Shown: in pieces, positions 1 to 8,921 of the stretch
How positions within the stretch are numbered: position 1 is the first letter of the stretch
Layout: every line of letters begins with the position of its first letter
Source of the DNA: Myxococcota bacterium
GTDB taxonomy: Bacteria > Myxococcota_A > UBA796 > CAJQPC01
Direction of reading: 5' to 3'
Assembly (NCBI GenBank): GCA_036229005.1
Contig: JAZAMN010000052.1
Coordinates: 256,001 to 320,000 of the forward strand
DNA length: 64,000 nucleotides
Program-made: the position numbers and the translations under genes
The notes under the pieces: generated by a model
The model's database searches: none
What the model saw: only the letters and a program-made list of their open reading frames with translations
What the model was told of the DNA's origin: nothing

Positions 1-42
1 CGCGGTGACTCCGATGACAACGACGCCGACAAGGAGGACTGA
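1..42 (+). CDS. 3' end of an upstream gene (acidic tail), probably ribosomal protein S18 or S6 from context
   Basis: Frame reads RGDSDDNDADKED-stop and ends 3 nt before the rplI start; identity inferred only from the usual rpsF-rpsR-rplI order. Confidence 0.4.
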   Translation, partial: RGDSDDNDADKED

Positions 43-45
43 GTC

Positions 46-489
46 ATGAAGGTCATCCTGCAGGAAGACGTCCAGCACTGCGGCGTGGTCGGTGACGTGG
101 TGAACGTCGCTGACGGCTACGGCCGCAACTACCTGATCCCCCGCGGTCTGGCTGTCCTGGCCGACGAGCGCAGCGTCAAGCGCCTGGAGCACCAGAAGCG
201 CGTGACCGCGGCTCGCCGCGCCCGCATCGAGGGTGAGAGCAAGGCCATGGCCGAGCAGCTCGCCAACGTCGCGGTGTCCATCAAGCGCGCTGCCGGCGAC
301 GAGGACAAGCTCTTCGGCTCCGTCACCACCAAGGACATCGCCGAGGCCCTGGCCGCTGAGGGCTTCGAGGTGGATCGCAAGTCCATCCACCTCGACGACG
401 CCATCCGCAGCATCGGCGTGCACCACGCCGGCATCAAGCTGCCCATGGGTGTTGAGGCCAACATCAAGGTCTACGTCATCCGCGAGTGA
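46..489 (+). CDS. rplI: 50S ribosomal protein L9
   Basis: MKVILQEDV..G..GDVVNVADGYGRNYLIPRGLA and KLFGSVT motifs; AGGAGG RBS. Confidence 0.97.
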   Translation: MKVILQEDVQHCGVVGDVVNVADGYGRNYLIPRGLAVLADERSVKRLEHQKRVTAARRARIEGESKAMAEQLANVAVSIKRAAGDEDKLFGSVTTKDIAEALAAEGFEVDRKSIHLDDAIRSIGVHHAGIKLPMGVEANIKVYVIRE

Positions 490-505
490 CGGACTGACCT
501 TGGTC

Positions 506-550
506 AAGGAGGGCGTCGTGGCGATTCGCTGCGGCGCCCTTCCTTTCTCT
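506..550 (+). terminator. Probable intrinsic terminator after rplI
   Basis: Long GC hairpin with G-U pairs (aaggagggcgtcgtggcg/cgctgcggcgcccttcctt) followed by a pyrimidine-rich tract. Confidence 0.55.
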
Positions 551-639
551 GGGGACCAGGCGTGGAACGCGACCGGGTGACCTCGCCGGGACAGGTGGGG
601 CCGGGATGTTCTGGTTAGCTTGGGGGGGTAGAGGTGTAG

Positions 640-1983
640 ATGTCTGTCGAAGCGCAGCGCCAGTTCCCTCAGTCCCTCGAAGCCGAACGTGCGGTGCTCG
701 GCGGGCTGCTGATGGACCACGAGCAGATCCCGTCCGTGGGGGAGCTGCTCAACCCGCAGGACTTCTACAGCGCGGCCCACACCAAGATCTTCGAGATCAT
801 GCTGGCCCAGAGCTCCAAGGGCGAGCCCTTCGACGTGCTCGGGCTGCACGACCACGTGGTCTCGGCCAACGCGGCGGAGGACTTCGGCGGGCTGTCCTAC
901 ATCACCTCGCTCCCCGAGCACTGCCCCAGCACGGAGAACCTGGAGTACTACGCAAAGCTCGTCTCCGAGAAGGCCATCCTGCGGCGCCTGCTGGCGGTCT
1001 CCGCGGAGATCAACAAGCGGGTCATGGACGGCTCCGAGGACCTGGCCGAGGTCCTCAACTACGCCGAGCAGGAGGTCTTCCAGGTCGCCCAGAACAAGGG
1101 CAAGAAGGACTGGCAGGCCCTGGGCACCCTGCTGGACGAGGAGTGGGTCAAGCTCGAGCAGCGCGCCGCCCACAGCGGGGATGTCACCGGTATCCCCACC
1201 GGCTTCATCGACCTGGATCGCATGCTCGCCGGCCTGCAGCCCTCCGACCTTCTGATCCTCGCCGCCCGCCCGGCGATGGGCAAGACCGCGTTCGCCCTGA
1301 ACATCGCGCAGCGTGCGGCGCTCGGGGGCTACGGCGTCGGGGTCTTCTCATTGGAGATGGCCGCGGGGCAGCTCGCGATGCGTGTGCTGGGCTCCCACGC
1401 CCGGGTGGACGCCGGAAAGCTCCGTACCGGCATGCTCTCCCGCAGCGAGGACTGGCCGCGCCTGGAGAACGCCAACGAGGAGCTCTTCCACACGCCCATG
1501 TTCATCGAGGACACGCCGGGCCTCTCCATCACCCAGGTGCGCTCCAAGGCCCGCCGTCTCAAGGCCCAGAACCCCAAGCTCGGCCTGATCGTCATCGACT
1601 ACCTGCAGCTCATGAGCGCCAACGCCCAGAGCCGCGAGCAGGAGATCTCGGCCATCTCCCGTGGCCTCAAGCACATGGCCAAGGAGCTCCACGTCCCGGT
1701 GCTGGCCCTCTCCCAGCTCAACCGTGCCGTCGAGCAGCGCGCCGACAAGCGCCCCATGGTCAGCGACCTGCGTGAGTCCGGCGCCATCGAGCAGGACGCG
1801 GACATCATCATGTTCATCTACCGAGACGAGTACTACAACCCGGAGACCACCCAGGAGCCCAACGTCGCGGAGATCATCATCGCCAAGCAGCGAAACGGCC
1901 CCACGGGCACCGTGAAGCTCTTCTTCGAGGGCAAGCACACCCGCTTTGAGAACCTCGAGCAGAACATGGGGTACGCGGAGTGA
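640..1983 (+). CDS. dnaB: Replicative DNA helicase DnaB
   Basis: PQSLEAERAVLG, AARPAMGKT (Walker A), IVIDYLQLM, SQLNR, DLRESGAIEQDAD, KQRNGPTG. Confidence 0.98.
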   Translation: MSVEAQRQFPQSLEAERAVLGGLLMDHEQIPSVGELLNPQDFYSAAHTKIFEIMLAQSSKGEPFDVLGLHDHVVSANAAEDFGGLSYITSLPEHCPSTENLEYYAKLVSEKAILRRLLAVSAEINKRVMDGSEDLAEVLNYAEQEVFQVAQNKGKKDWQALGTLLDEEWVKLEQRAAHSGDVTGIPTGFIDLDRMLAGLQPSDLLILAARPAMGKTAFALNIAQRAALGGYGVGVFSLEMAAGQLAMRVLGSHARVDAGKLRTGMLSRSEDWPRLENANEELFHTPMFIEDTPGLSITQVRSKARRLKAQNPKLGLIVIDYLQLMSANAQSREQEISAISRGLKHMAKELHVPVLALSQLNRAVEQRADKRPMVSDLRESGAIEQDADIIMFIYRDEYYNPETTQEPNVAEIIIAKQRNGPTGTVKLFFEGKHTRFENLEQNMGYAE

Positions 1984-2594
1984 GCGGGGCCCTCCTGCTG
2001 GCTGCAATCACCGCCCTGGATCCCGGTGACCAGATGCACCTCGAGCTCGTCGGCGACGGCGAGGTCACCGGTATGCTGGCCGAGGTGGGGACGCAGTCGC
2101 TGGTGCTGACCGGGGGGAACCAGCGCACGGAGGTCCCGCTGGCGCTGGTCGAGGCGGCCTGGGTGGACGGCGCCCCGATGGATCTCCCCACCCTGCACCG
2201 AGAGGTGGGTGACCTGCATCACCGCCAGGAGCTGGAGCTGGCCGCATTGGCCGCGCACACGCCCAACCCCTTCCTGGTCGTGGGCAGCTCGCTGCTGCTG
2301 CCGGGGAGTGGTCACCTGATGCTGGGGGAGCGCTCAGAGGGGTGGGGCTACATCGCGGTCACCTCCATCATCTGGGGGACCGGGGCCTGGCTCATGTACA
2401 GCGAGAACTACCAGCCCCTGCTGCCCCTCGCTGGGGTGGATCTGCTGTTCAGGACCTACGCCACCGCGGACGCCGCGATCCTCACGCGTCAGCGCCGCAC
2501 GCGCCTGGGCTTGTCGGTGCACCAGAGCGGACTGGGGGTGCAGCTCTACCGCCCCCTGGGCGCGATCCCGGAGCCGCCGCCGGGCGTGCCTTGA
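1980..2594 (+). CDS. Hypothetical exported/membrane protein (small beta-rich N-domain plus SLLLPGSGH membrane segment)
   Basis: GTGA overlap with the dnaB stop; hydrophobic N-terminus; two to three hydrophobic segments after SLLLPGSGHLMLGE. Confidence 0.6.
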   Translation: MSGALLLAAITALDPGDQMHLELVGDGEVTGMLAEVGTQSLVLTGGNQRTEVPLALVEAAWVDGAPMDLPTLHREVGDLHHRQELELAALAAHTPNPFLVVGSSLLLPGSGHLMLGERSEGWGYIAVTSIIWGTGAWLMYSENYQPLLPLAGVDLLFRTYATADAAILTRQRRTRLGLSVHQSGLGVQLYRPLGAIPEPPPGVP

Positions 2595-2691
2595 CGGCGG
2601 GGTCTCGCATCCACTAAAACCGGGCTCCATTCGTCTGCCGGATGGTCAGGCGCAAGCGCATTGGGGCATTCCCCGGGAGTGGTTGGAGTAC

Positions 2692-3963
2692 ATGGAACAG
2701 GCTGAACTGCTGGAAGCCTTCAAGGCGAACCTCGAGGAGTACGCCAAGCTCCGGACCTTCATCAACAGGGCTCGCGAGCAGGAGGGCAAGTTCTCCTCGG
2801 CGACCATTGAGAAGGTCATCATGAAGAACGAGATCGCTTCGATCGAGGTCGGGGACACGATCCGCCCTCAGGTCACGGAGATCGAGGGCCAGATCCTCTC
2901 TCTCAGCGGCCAGATCGAAGAGGTCAACTCCAAGAAGGCGTCCGCCGACGAGGAGATGGAGGAGCTCCAGCTCCGCCAGGCCATCGGTGAGCTCTCCGAC
3001 GAGGAGTTCGAGACCGAGGCCGCTTCCTTCAAGGAGGAGCTCGAGGCCGCCGGTCAGCGCCTCGAGGATCTCGAGTCCCAGCGCACCAACTTCTCCGAGG
3101 CGCTGGCCCTTTGGGTCGAGCTCGCCACCGACGCGGAGCACGAGACGGGTGTGAGCGGCTCCGAGCCCGAGCCTGAGCCCGAGCCCGAGTCCGAGGTTGA
3201 GGACGAGGTCGAGTTCGACGCCGGCCTGGATGAGGAGGGCGCTGAGGTCGAGTTCGAGGACGTGGCTGAGTTCGACGAGATCAAGCCCGCTCCCGTCGAG
3301 GACTTCGGCGAGAGCGACGAGGAGGTCCTGTTCACCGAGGAGCCCAACGACGACGGCGTGCACTCCAGCACCGAGCACATCCGTGAGGATCTCTCCGGTG
3401 TCTTTGGTGATGACGTCGCCGCCAGCGTCCGCGTGGGCGAGGAGGAGGAGGTCATCTCCATCGAGGCCGGCGAGGCCGCCGAGGACGCCGAGGACGGTGA
3501 GTCCGTTGACGTTGACTTCGGCTTCGAAGGGGACGAGGAGGACATCCTGGGCGGCGACGTCGAAGATGTCGAGATCGACCTCGTGGGCGATGCGGATGAC
3601 CTGGGTCTGGACGACGACGAGATCCCGGGCGCCGACGATGAGGCACCGGCCGCTGGCGACGACAACCGCCGCGCGCTCCTGATCTACCAGGAGGGCACCG
3701 CCGAGGAGCAGATCTACCCCTTCATGGGTGACACGTTGACCATCGGTCGCGGTCGGGACAACGACATCCAGATCAAGAACGACTCCAAGGTCAGCCGCTA
3801 CCACTGCAAGGTGTTCCGCCGCGGCGACAACTTCTACATCGAGGACAACAAGTCCTCGAACGGCTCCCTGGTCAACGGTGAGCTGATCACGGAGCGTCGT
3901 CTCTTCGGTGGGGAGGAGGTCATCATCGGAGAGACCTTCTTCCGGTTCCGCATCATGGAGTGA
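2692..3963 (+). CDS. Coiled-coil, acidic low-complexity linker and C-terminal FHA domain protein
   Basis: FHA motifs IGRGRDND, VSRYHC, EDNKSSNGSLVNG; heptad-like N-terminus; D/E-dominated middle; start may be TTG 2683. Confidence 0.85.
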   Translation: MEQAELLEAFKANLEEYAKLRTFINRAREQEGKFSSATIEKVIMKNEIASIEVGDTIRPQVTEIEGQILSLSGQIEEVNSKKASADEEMEELQLRQAIGELSDEEFETEAASFKEELEAAGQRLEDLESQRTNFSEALALWVELATDAEHETGVSGSEPEPEPEPESEVEDEVEFDAGLDEEGAEVEFEDVAEFDEIKPAPVEDFGESDEEVLFTEEPNDDGVHSSTEHIREDLSGVFGDDVAASVRVGEEEEVISIEAGEAAEDAEDGESVDVDFGFEGDEEDILGGDVEDVEIDLVGDADDLGLDDDEIPGADDEAPAAGDDNRRALLIYQEGTAEEQIYPFMGDTLTIGRGRDNDIQIKNDSKVSRYHCKVFRRGDNFYIEDNKSSNGSLVNGELITERRLFGGEEVIIGETFFRFRIME

Positions 3964-3984
3964 TCGCGCCTGGCGATCACTGAG

Positions 3985-4015
3985 ACGGGGTCCTCCGGGA
4001 CCCCGTTCTTGTCTC
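3985..4015 (+). terminator. Intrinsic terminator after the FHA gene
   Basis: Perfect 9-bp stem acggggtcc/ggaccccgt with a tccg loop, then tcttgtct. Confidence 0.7.
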
Positions 4016-4026
4016 TGGGGTTTCTC

Positions 4027-4569
4027 ATGCTCAGCGCTGCCCTGCAGGACCCGACCTGGGGTTCTTGGCTTCAACACGCGGCGGCCCAGGCCGGGGTCGA
4101 GCTCAGTCGGGACGACGCGCTGAGTTGGTGGCGCCGGGATCTCGTCCTGGTCGGGCCCGAAGCCCGGCTCATTCAGGCCCTCCCAAACCTCAGTGCGGTC
4201 TGGCTGCCGATGGTTGTTGGGGTGGGGGAGTGCCCCAGTGAGCCCGCCGCGGTGTGGTGCGAAGGCTGGCTGCGCGCGGGAGATGTCTCAGGTCTGGCTC
4301 GGCTGCTCCCGAGGGCTGCGCGGGCCGGAGCGCAACGCAGGACGCTCAGGCGCTGCCTCGCGCACGACCTGCGTGGGCCAATCGGTGTGGTGTCCGGGTA
4401 CTGCGAGCTGCTGTCCGAGCAGCTCCTGGGCGCCCTGGAGGAGAAGCAGCTCGGAGCGGTCAGCAAGATCCAGGACCAGAACGAGCGGCTGCTCAGAGCC
4501 ATGGAAGACCTCGCGCTGGTCGTTGGTCCTCCGGATGGGGTCACGGACCCTACGCGCCCGGCGGTGTAG
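4027..4569 (+). CDS. Protein with a HisKA/DHp phosphoacceptor helix pair but no ATPase domain
   Basis: H-box LAHDLRGPIGVVSGYCELL near the C-terminus; stop follows shortly after the second helix. Confidence 0.7.
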   Translation: MLSAALQDPTWGSWLQHAAAQAGVELSRDDALSWWRRDLVLVGPEARLIQALPNLSAVWLPMVVGVGECPSEPAAVWCEGWLRAGDVSGLARLLPRAARAGAQRRTLRRCLAHDLRGPIGVVSGYCELLSEQLLGALEEKQLGAVSKIQDQNERLLRAMEDLALVVGPPDGVTDPTRPAV

Positions 4570-4578
4570 ACTGCAGCC

Positions 4579-5178
4579 ATGGGTACCAAAGACTCCAGCG
4601 ACCAGCGCTTTCTGACGACCCACCAAGTCGCGAAGCTGTTGGGCGTCAGCCTGCCCACCGTCGTCAACTGGGTGAACGCCGGCAAGCTGAGCGCACACCG
4701 CACGCCTGGTGGGCATCGCCGCATCGCGCGCTCGGACCTGCTCCGCTTCGCGCGGGACTTCAACTATCCGCTGTCCCAGGACTTCCTGCGGGAGCTGGTC
4801 GGGACGCCCAGGATCCTGGTGGTGGACGACGAGGCCGACTTCTGCGAGATGGTCCGGGACTATCTGCAGATCAAGGGGCCCTTCGAAGTGCAGGTCGCCC
4901 ACAGCGGCTTCAAGGCCGGGCTCCGGGTCGCCACCTTCAAGCCGGACCTGATCCTCATGGACATCATGATGCCGGGCATGGACGGCTTCGCGGTGTTGCA
5001 GACGCTGCGAGACAGCCCCGACACCCGCGCCATCCCGGTGATCGCCTGCACCGCCTTCAAGGACCCTGAGATCGACGCCCGGATCGAGCAGGAGGACTTC
5101 AGCGGCTTCGTGCGCAAGCCTCTGCGTCTGGACGAGCTGCTCGCGGAGATCCGGTCCCAGCTCAAGCTGGAGGCCTGA
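4579..5178 (+). CDS. Response regulator: N-terminal excisionase/MerR-like HTH plus C-terminal receiver
   Basis: LTTHQVAKLLGVSLPTVVNW..G.L...RTPGGHRRI; receiver motifs VVDDE, LMDIMMP, CTA, RKP. Confidence 0.9.
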   Translation: MGTKDSSDQRFLTTHQVAKLLGVSLPTVVNWVNAGKLSAHRTPGGHRRIARSDLLRFARDFNYPLSQDFLRELVGTPRILVVDDEADFCEMVRDYLQIKGPFEVQVAHSGFKAGLRVATFKPDLILMDIMMPGMDGFAVLQTLRDSPDTRAIPVIACTAFKDPEIDARIEQEDFSGFVRKPLRLDELLAEIRSQLKLEA

Positions 5179-5187
5179 AGATCCCGT

Positions 5188-6012
5188 TCAGCGCAGGGCG
5201 GGGGCCACTGCGTCCCCTTGGCGCGCGGGCAGGTCCTTTGAGGACATGGGAGCGGGGGGCTGCTGGTGACCTCGCCGAACCAGGATCAGTTCGGCGGCGA
5301 TGGACACCGCGATCTCAGCGGGGGTTTGGGCGCCGAGGCTGAGTCCCACGGGTGCGCTCAGCTTCGTGAACAGCCCGGGATCCATGCCCGCGACCTGGAG
5401 GCGCTGGAAGAAGCGCGTGACCTTGGCCCGCGACCCGATCATCCCAAGGTACGCGAAGGGGAGGGGCAGCAAGGCCTCCACAAGGTCTTGGTCGAGCTGG
5501 TGATCGTGGGTCAGGATCAGCCCGTAGTCAGCAGGTCCGAGCGCAGGGAGATGGAGGCGGGGGTCGCCTTCGTGCCGCTGGAAGTCTGCGAATGCCGGGT
5601 GCTCCAGCAGCTCAGGGCGGGGGTCGTAGACCTGCACGCGGAAGCCCAAGGTGGGAAGCAGAGGGGCCAAGGCCTGGGCCACGTGGCCGGCTCCCCAAAG
5701 GTGCAGCTCAGGCTGCAGGTCCAGCACCTCGATCATCGCCTCCATCGCGCCTCCACAGCACATTCCGAGCTCTTTGGTGAGGTTGCGGGCCACCCGGCGG
5801 TTCTCGCGCAGCTCCAGGGCCTCCAGGGCCTCGGAGACCAGCAGATGCTCCCAGGCGCCACCCCCGACGGTTCCGGTTGTGGTGCCGTCCGCGTACACCA
5901 GCATCCGCGCCCCGCCGCGCCTGGGGACCGAGCCCTTGACGCCAATCACCGTCACCAGTGCCGCTGGGGTGCCGCTCTGGCTGGCTTCGGCAGCAGCGAT
6001 CAGGACTCTCAT
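5188..6012 (-). CDS. xdhC: XdhC/CoxI family molybdoenzyme accessory protein
   Basis: GSVPR..GARMLV..DG...GTVGGG, LGMCCGG, GAGHVA, THDH.LD, GMIGSR.K, P.GL.LGA.TPAEIAVSI. Confidence 0.9.
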   Translation of the reverse strand: MRVLIAAAEASQSGTPAALVTVIGVKGSVPRRGGARMLVYADGTTTGTVGGGAWEHLLVSEALEALELRENRRVARNLTKELGMCCGGAMEAMIEVLDLQPELHLWGAGHVAQALAPLLPTLGFRVQVYDPRPELLEHPAFADFQRHEGDPRLHLPALGPADYGLILTHDHQLDQDLVEALLPLPFAYLGMIGSRAKVTRFFQRLQVAGMDPGLFTKLSAPVGLSLGAQTPAEIAVSIAAELILVRRGHQQPPAPMSSKDLPARQGDAVAPALR

Positions 6013-6116
6013 GGACAGCGCTCCAGCAGCGACTTCGTGTCGCCTTGGTGCCCTAACCGCGCAGACGTTTGACCGTCTCTGGGCCAGTGCCTACCATCAC
6101 CACCCTTGGAGCCCCA

Positions 6117-7988
6117 ATGCGTCCCCTGAGCTGGTCCGGCCTCTTGTCGTTGCTCGTGGTCTCGACCGCAGCGCAAGCGCAGGGTGCTCCCGAGCCGGAG
6201 GCAGCAGGAGAGGTGGGGCTGTCGGATGGCTCGCAGCCTCCGTCCTCACCCCCTCGCCGGGTGCCCATTCAGAGCCACGCAGAGGGCTGGGTGTGGCACG
6301 AGGTGCTGTCGACTCGGGCCGGCATGATGGACCTGGCTCAGGACCCCCAGCGCCCGACCACGCTGCTCGCGGTGGACCTGAACGGCGGTGTCTGGCGCAG
6401 CGATGATGGGGGCCGAAGCTGGACAGCGACCCTCGATGCGGCCGCGCAGGAGGTCCAGAACCTGGACCAGGAGGATCTGCTGCTGGAGGCGGAGGCCACG
6501 GCGCAGGACTTCCTGGACGACCAGGAGGTCGAAGAAGAGGGGGACTTTGACGACGAGTCTGAGCTGGTGGACGAGTTCTCCGTCTCTGCGGATCTGGTCG
6601 ACCTGATGGTCATGCGGGAGGGGGTCTCGCCGCAGGGGCCCTCCCAGCGGCTGGGTGGGGTCCTGTGGTTCCACCCTGAGCGCGGTGGCCTCGCGCTGCT
6701 CTCCCGGGCCGATGGGCTCTGGCGCTCCAACGACTCCGGCATGACCTGGCGCAAGCAGTCCGAGCTGTCCACCGCCACCAGCTTCACGCTCACACCCTCT
6801 GGCCTGCTGCTGGCTGGCACCTCGGACGGGGTCGTGTACAGCCGGGATCTGGGGGGCTCCTGGCGGCCCGCCACCGGCATCCCCACCGGGACGCGCGTGC
6901 GGGACCTCGCGGTCAGCGCTGGGCTCGTGCTCGCGGCGACCGACGAGGGCCTCTACCTGTCCGGAGATGGCTCTGCGTGGGCGCCGGCGTCGGGCTTTGG
7001 CGAGGTGAGGGCAGACCTCCGGGCCCTGGCGTCCGACCCGCGGATGGAGGGGGGGATCTGGATCGCGACCGACAACGAGGTCCTGCGCAGCGACGACGTC
7101 GGCCAGTCCTTGTTCGCGCTCTCCGGGACCCCGCTCCCGGACACGGAGAACCTTGTCCTCGCTGGCGGGGGGCAGCTCCTCGCAGCGACGAGCGATGGCG
7201 TCTGGGAGTCGGTGGACGGCGGCGTGGTGTGGCGCCCCGTGTCCTTTGGCCTCCCGGGCCCGCTGACCAAGGACATCCTGGCCGTGGCGGACGGCCTCGT
7301 TGTCGCCAGCGCCGACGGCATCTTCCTGCTCAAGCCCGAGCAGCAGAGTCAGGCCCACGTCGCCCCGGAGCTCGAAGGGCTCCCCCTGAACACCGTGGTC
7401 GGTATCGCGGTCACGAGGCCGGGCCTGGATCCCTACAGCTACGGCATCCGTCCGGGGGCGAGCTGGAGTCAGCGCCTGATCCCCAACCTGGTCGTCAAGG
7501 GGAACCTCACCGACCAGAGCGCGCTGGCTGCGGACTTCACGACCCCCACCACCGGCAGCAACTCCGCGGCGCTCCAGGAGCGCTGGTACGTCACCGCAGA
7601 GCTGCGCTGGGAGGGCTTCCGGAGCGACTACCAGTCCTCCGGGAGTGGGGTCGCGGACGGTGGAGACGCCTTCTACGTGGTGCAGGGCTCCGTGCTGTCC
7701 ACCACCGACCCGAACGCGATCCCGGTCGCGGCCGCGAACGTCCAGACCGCTGGGCTCAAGTACCAGCAGAACCTCACACGGCAGGTCGTCGACCTCTACA
7801 ACGCGCGCATGAAGCTCGTCTCCGAGCGCGCGGACCTGCCCCCTGACGACCTCCGAACCCAGACGCTCCACGAGCTCAAGATCCTGGAGACCACGGCGCT
7901 GTTGGATGCATACACCGACGGCGCCTACTCCGCTGCCCTCCAACCAGCGGGCCCCAGCCAAGAGGGCCCAACGGGAGAGACCCCATGA
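6117..7988 (+). CDS. Exported Asp-box (BNR/YCF48-like) beta-propeller protein with a C-terminal OEP/TolC half-repeat-like domain
   Basis: Signal peptide ending AAQA; repeats SDDGGRSW, SNDSGMTW, SRDLGGSW, SGDGSAW, SDDVGQSL, SVDGGVVW; C-terminus paralogous to the next gene. Confidence 0.75.
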   Translation: MRPLSWSGLLSLLVVSTAAQAQGAPEPEAAGEVGLSDGSQPPSSPPRRVPIQSHAEGWVWHEVLSTRAGMMDLAQDPQRPTTLLAVDLNGGVWRSDDGGRSWTATLDAAAQEVQNLDQEDLLLEAEATAQDFLDDQEVEEEGDFDDESELVDEFSVSADLVDLMVMREGVSPQGPSQRLGGVLWFHPERGGLALLSRADGLWRSNDSGMTWRKQSELSTATSFTLTPSGLLLAGTSDGVVYSRDLGGSWRPATGIPTGTRVRDLAVSAGLVLAATDEGLYLSGDGSAWAPASGFGEVRADLRALASDPRMEGGIWIATDNEVLRSDDVGQSLFALSGTPLPDTENLVLAGGGQLLAATSDGVWESVDGGVVWRPVSFGLPGPLTKDILAVADGLVVASADGIFLLKPEQQSQAHVAPELEGLPLNTVVGIAVTRPGLDPYSYGIRPGASWSQRLIPNLVVKGNLTDQSALAADFTTPTTGSNSAALQERWYVTAELRWEGFRSDYQSSGSGVADGGDAFYVVQGSVLSTTDPNAIPVAAANVQTAGLKYQQNLTRQVVDLYNARMKLVSERADLPPDDLRTQTLHELKILETTALLDAYTDGAYSAALQPAGPSQEGPTGETP

Positions 7989-8809
7989 CCGCCAGCCTGC
8001 TCCTCATCCTCGGCGTCCAGCTCGCCCAGCCCCTCCAGCTCAACCAGTCCGGGGCAGAGGCCTTCGCGCAGTTGGACACCATCGATCTGCCCACCGCCGA
8101 GGCCATCGTGTCCTTGCGCAGTGAGCGCGGACGCCTGAACTCCGTCGAAGAGCTGCGGGCCATTCCCGGGATGAACGACCAGCGCCTCAACGAGCTGCGC
8201 GTGAACACCTCGGTGGACCTGCAGCCCCTGGATGTTGGTGCGGCGCGCTTCTCCTCGGCTGACGAGGTCCTGGCCGCCTTCGACCACGAGCCCAGCGTGC
8301 AGGCCGTCCAGACCCTGGCGATGAACTACACGAACACCAACCGGGAGCAGGTGGAGAGCTGGCTGCGGGCCAGCAAGAACAGCGCCTGGCTGCCGGAGCT
8401 CAAGCTCAAGTACAACTACCAGGACACCTTCGGGCAGGACTTCGAGTACCAGGACCAGAACGACAACAACGTCGACCCCTTCATCGACGACTCGGACACC
8501 CAGCAGCGCTGGTATGGCCAGGTCGAGGTCCGCTGGAACCTGGACGAGCTGGTCATGTCCTCGTCCCAGATCCGCGTGATCTCGGAGGCCCAGGACGTCG
8601 TCAAGCTGCGGGACACGGTGCTCACTCAGGTCACCGGCCTCTACTTCGACCGCCGCCGCCTGCAGGTGGACATGCTCCTGGATCCCCCCAGCGATGTGCG
8701 CGCCCAGGTCGACCAGACCCTGCGCCTGATGGAGCTCACCGCCGAGCTGGATGCCTTCACCGGTGGGCAGTTCAGCGCAGAGGTCGCCCGGGGTGTGCAG
8801 ACCCGCTGA
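7985..8809 (+). CDS. Exported ComEA-like helix-hairpin-helix protein with a C-terminal OEP/TolC half-repeat-like domain
   Basis: LNQSGAEAFAQLDTIDLPTAEAIVSLRSERGRLNSVEELRAIPGM matches the ComEA HhH pattern; ATGA overlap with the upstream gene. Confidence 0.75.
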   Translation: MTASLLLILGVQLAQPLQLNQSGAEAFAQLDTIDLPTAEAIVSLRSERGRLNSVEELRAIPGMNDQRLNELRVNTSVDLQPLDVGAARFSSADEVLAAFDHEPSVQAVQTLAMNYTNTNREQVESWLRASKNSAWLPELKLKYNYQDTFGQDFEYQDQNDNNVDPFIDDSDTQQRWYGQVEVRWNLDELVMSSSQIRVISEAQDVVKLRDTVLTQVTGLYFDRRRLQVDMLLDPPSDVRAQVDQTLRLMELTAELDAFTGGQFSAEVARGVQTR

Positions 8810-8921
8810 GGTCCCACACCTGGGCCCACCGCTTTGGGCTGAAACCACTTGGAAACGATGCCCGCGCTGGACTCCCCAAGCGAGGTGCGTGGGCTACCTG
8901 TAGCCGCCCCGGAGGTAGAAG

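Noticed and set aside
3160..3195. Short tandem GAGCCC repeats
   Set aside because: They encode an EPEPEP linker in the FHA protein; not a CRISPR or contingency locus
8810..8921. Possible purine or c-di-GMP riboswitch before guaA
   Set aside because: Only short hairpins and a GAAA; conserved aptamer cores not found by eye (an Rfam scan would settle it)
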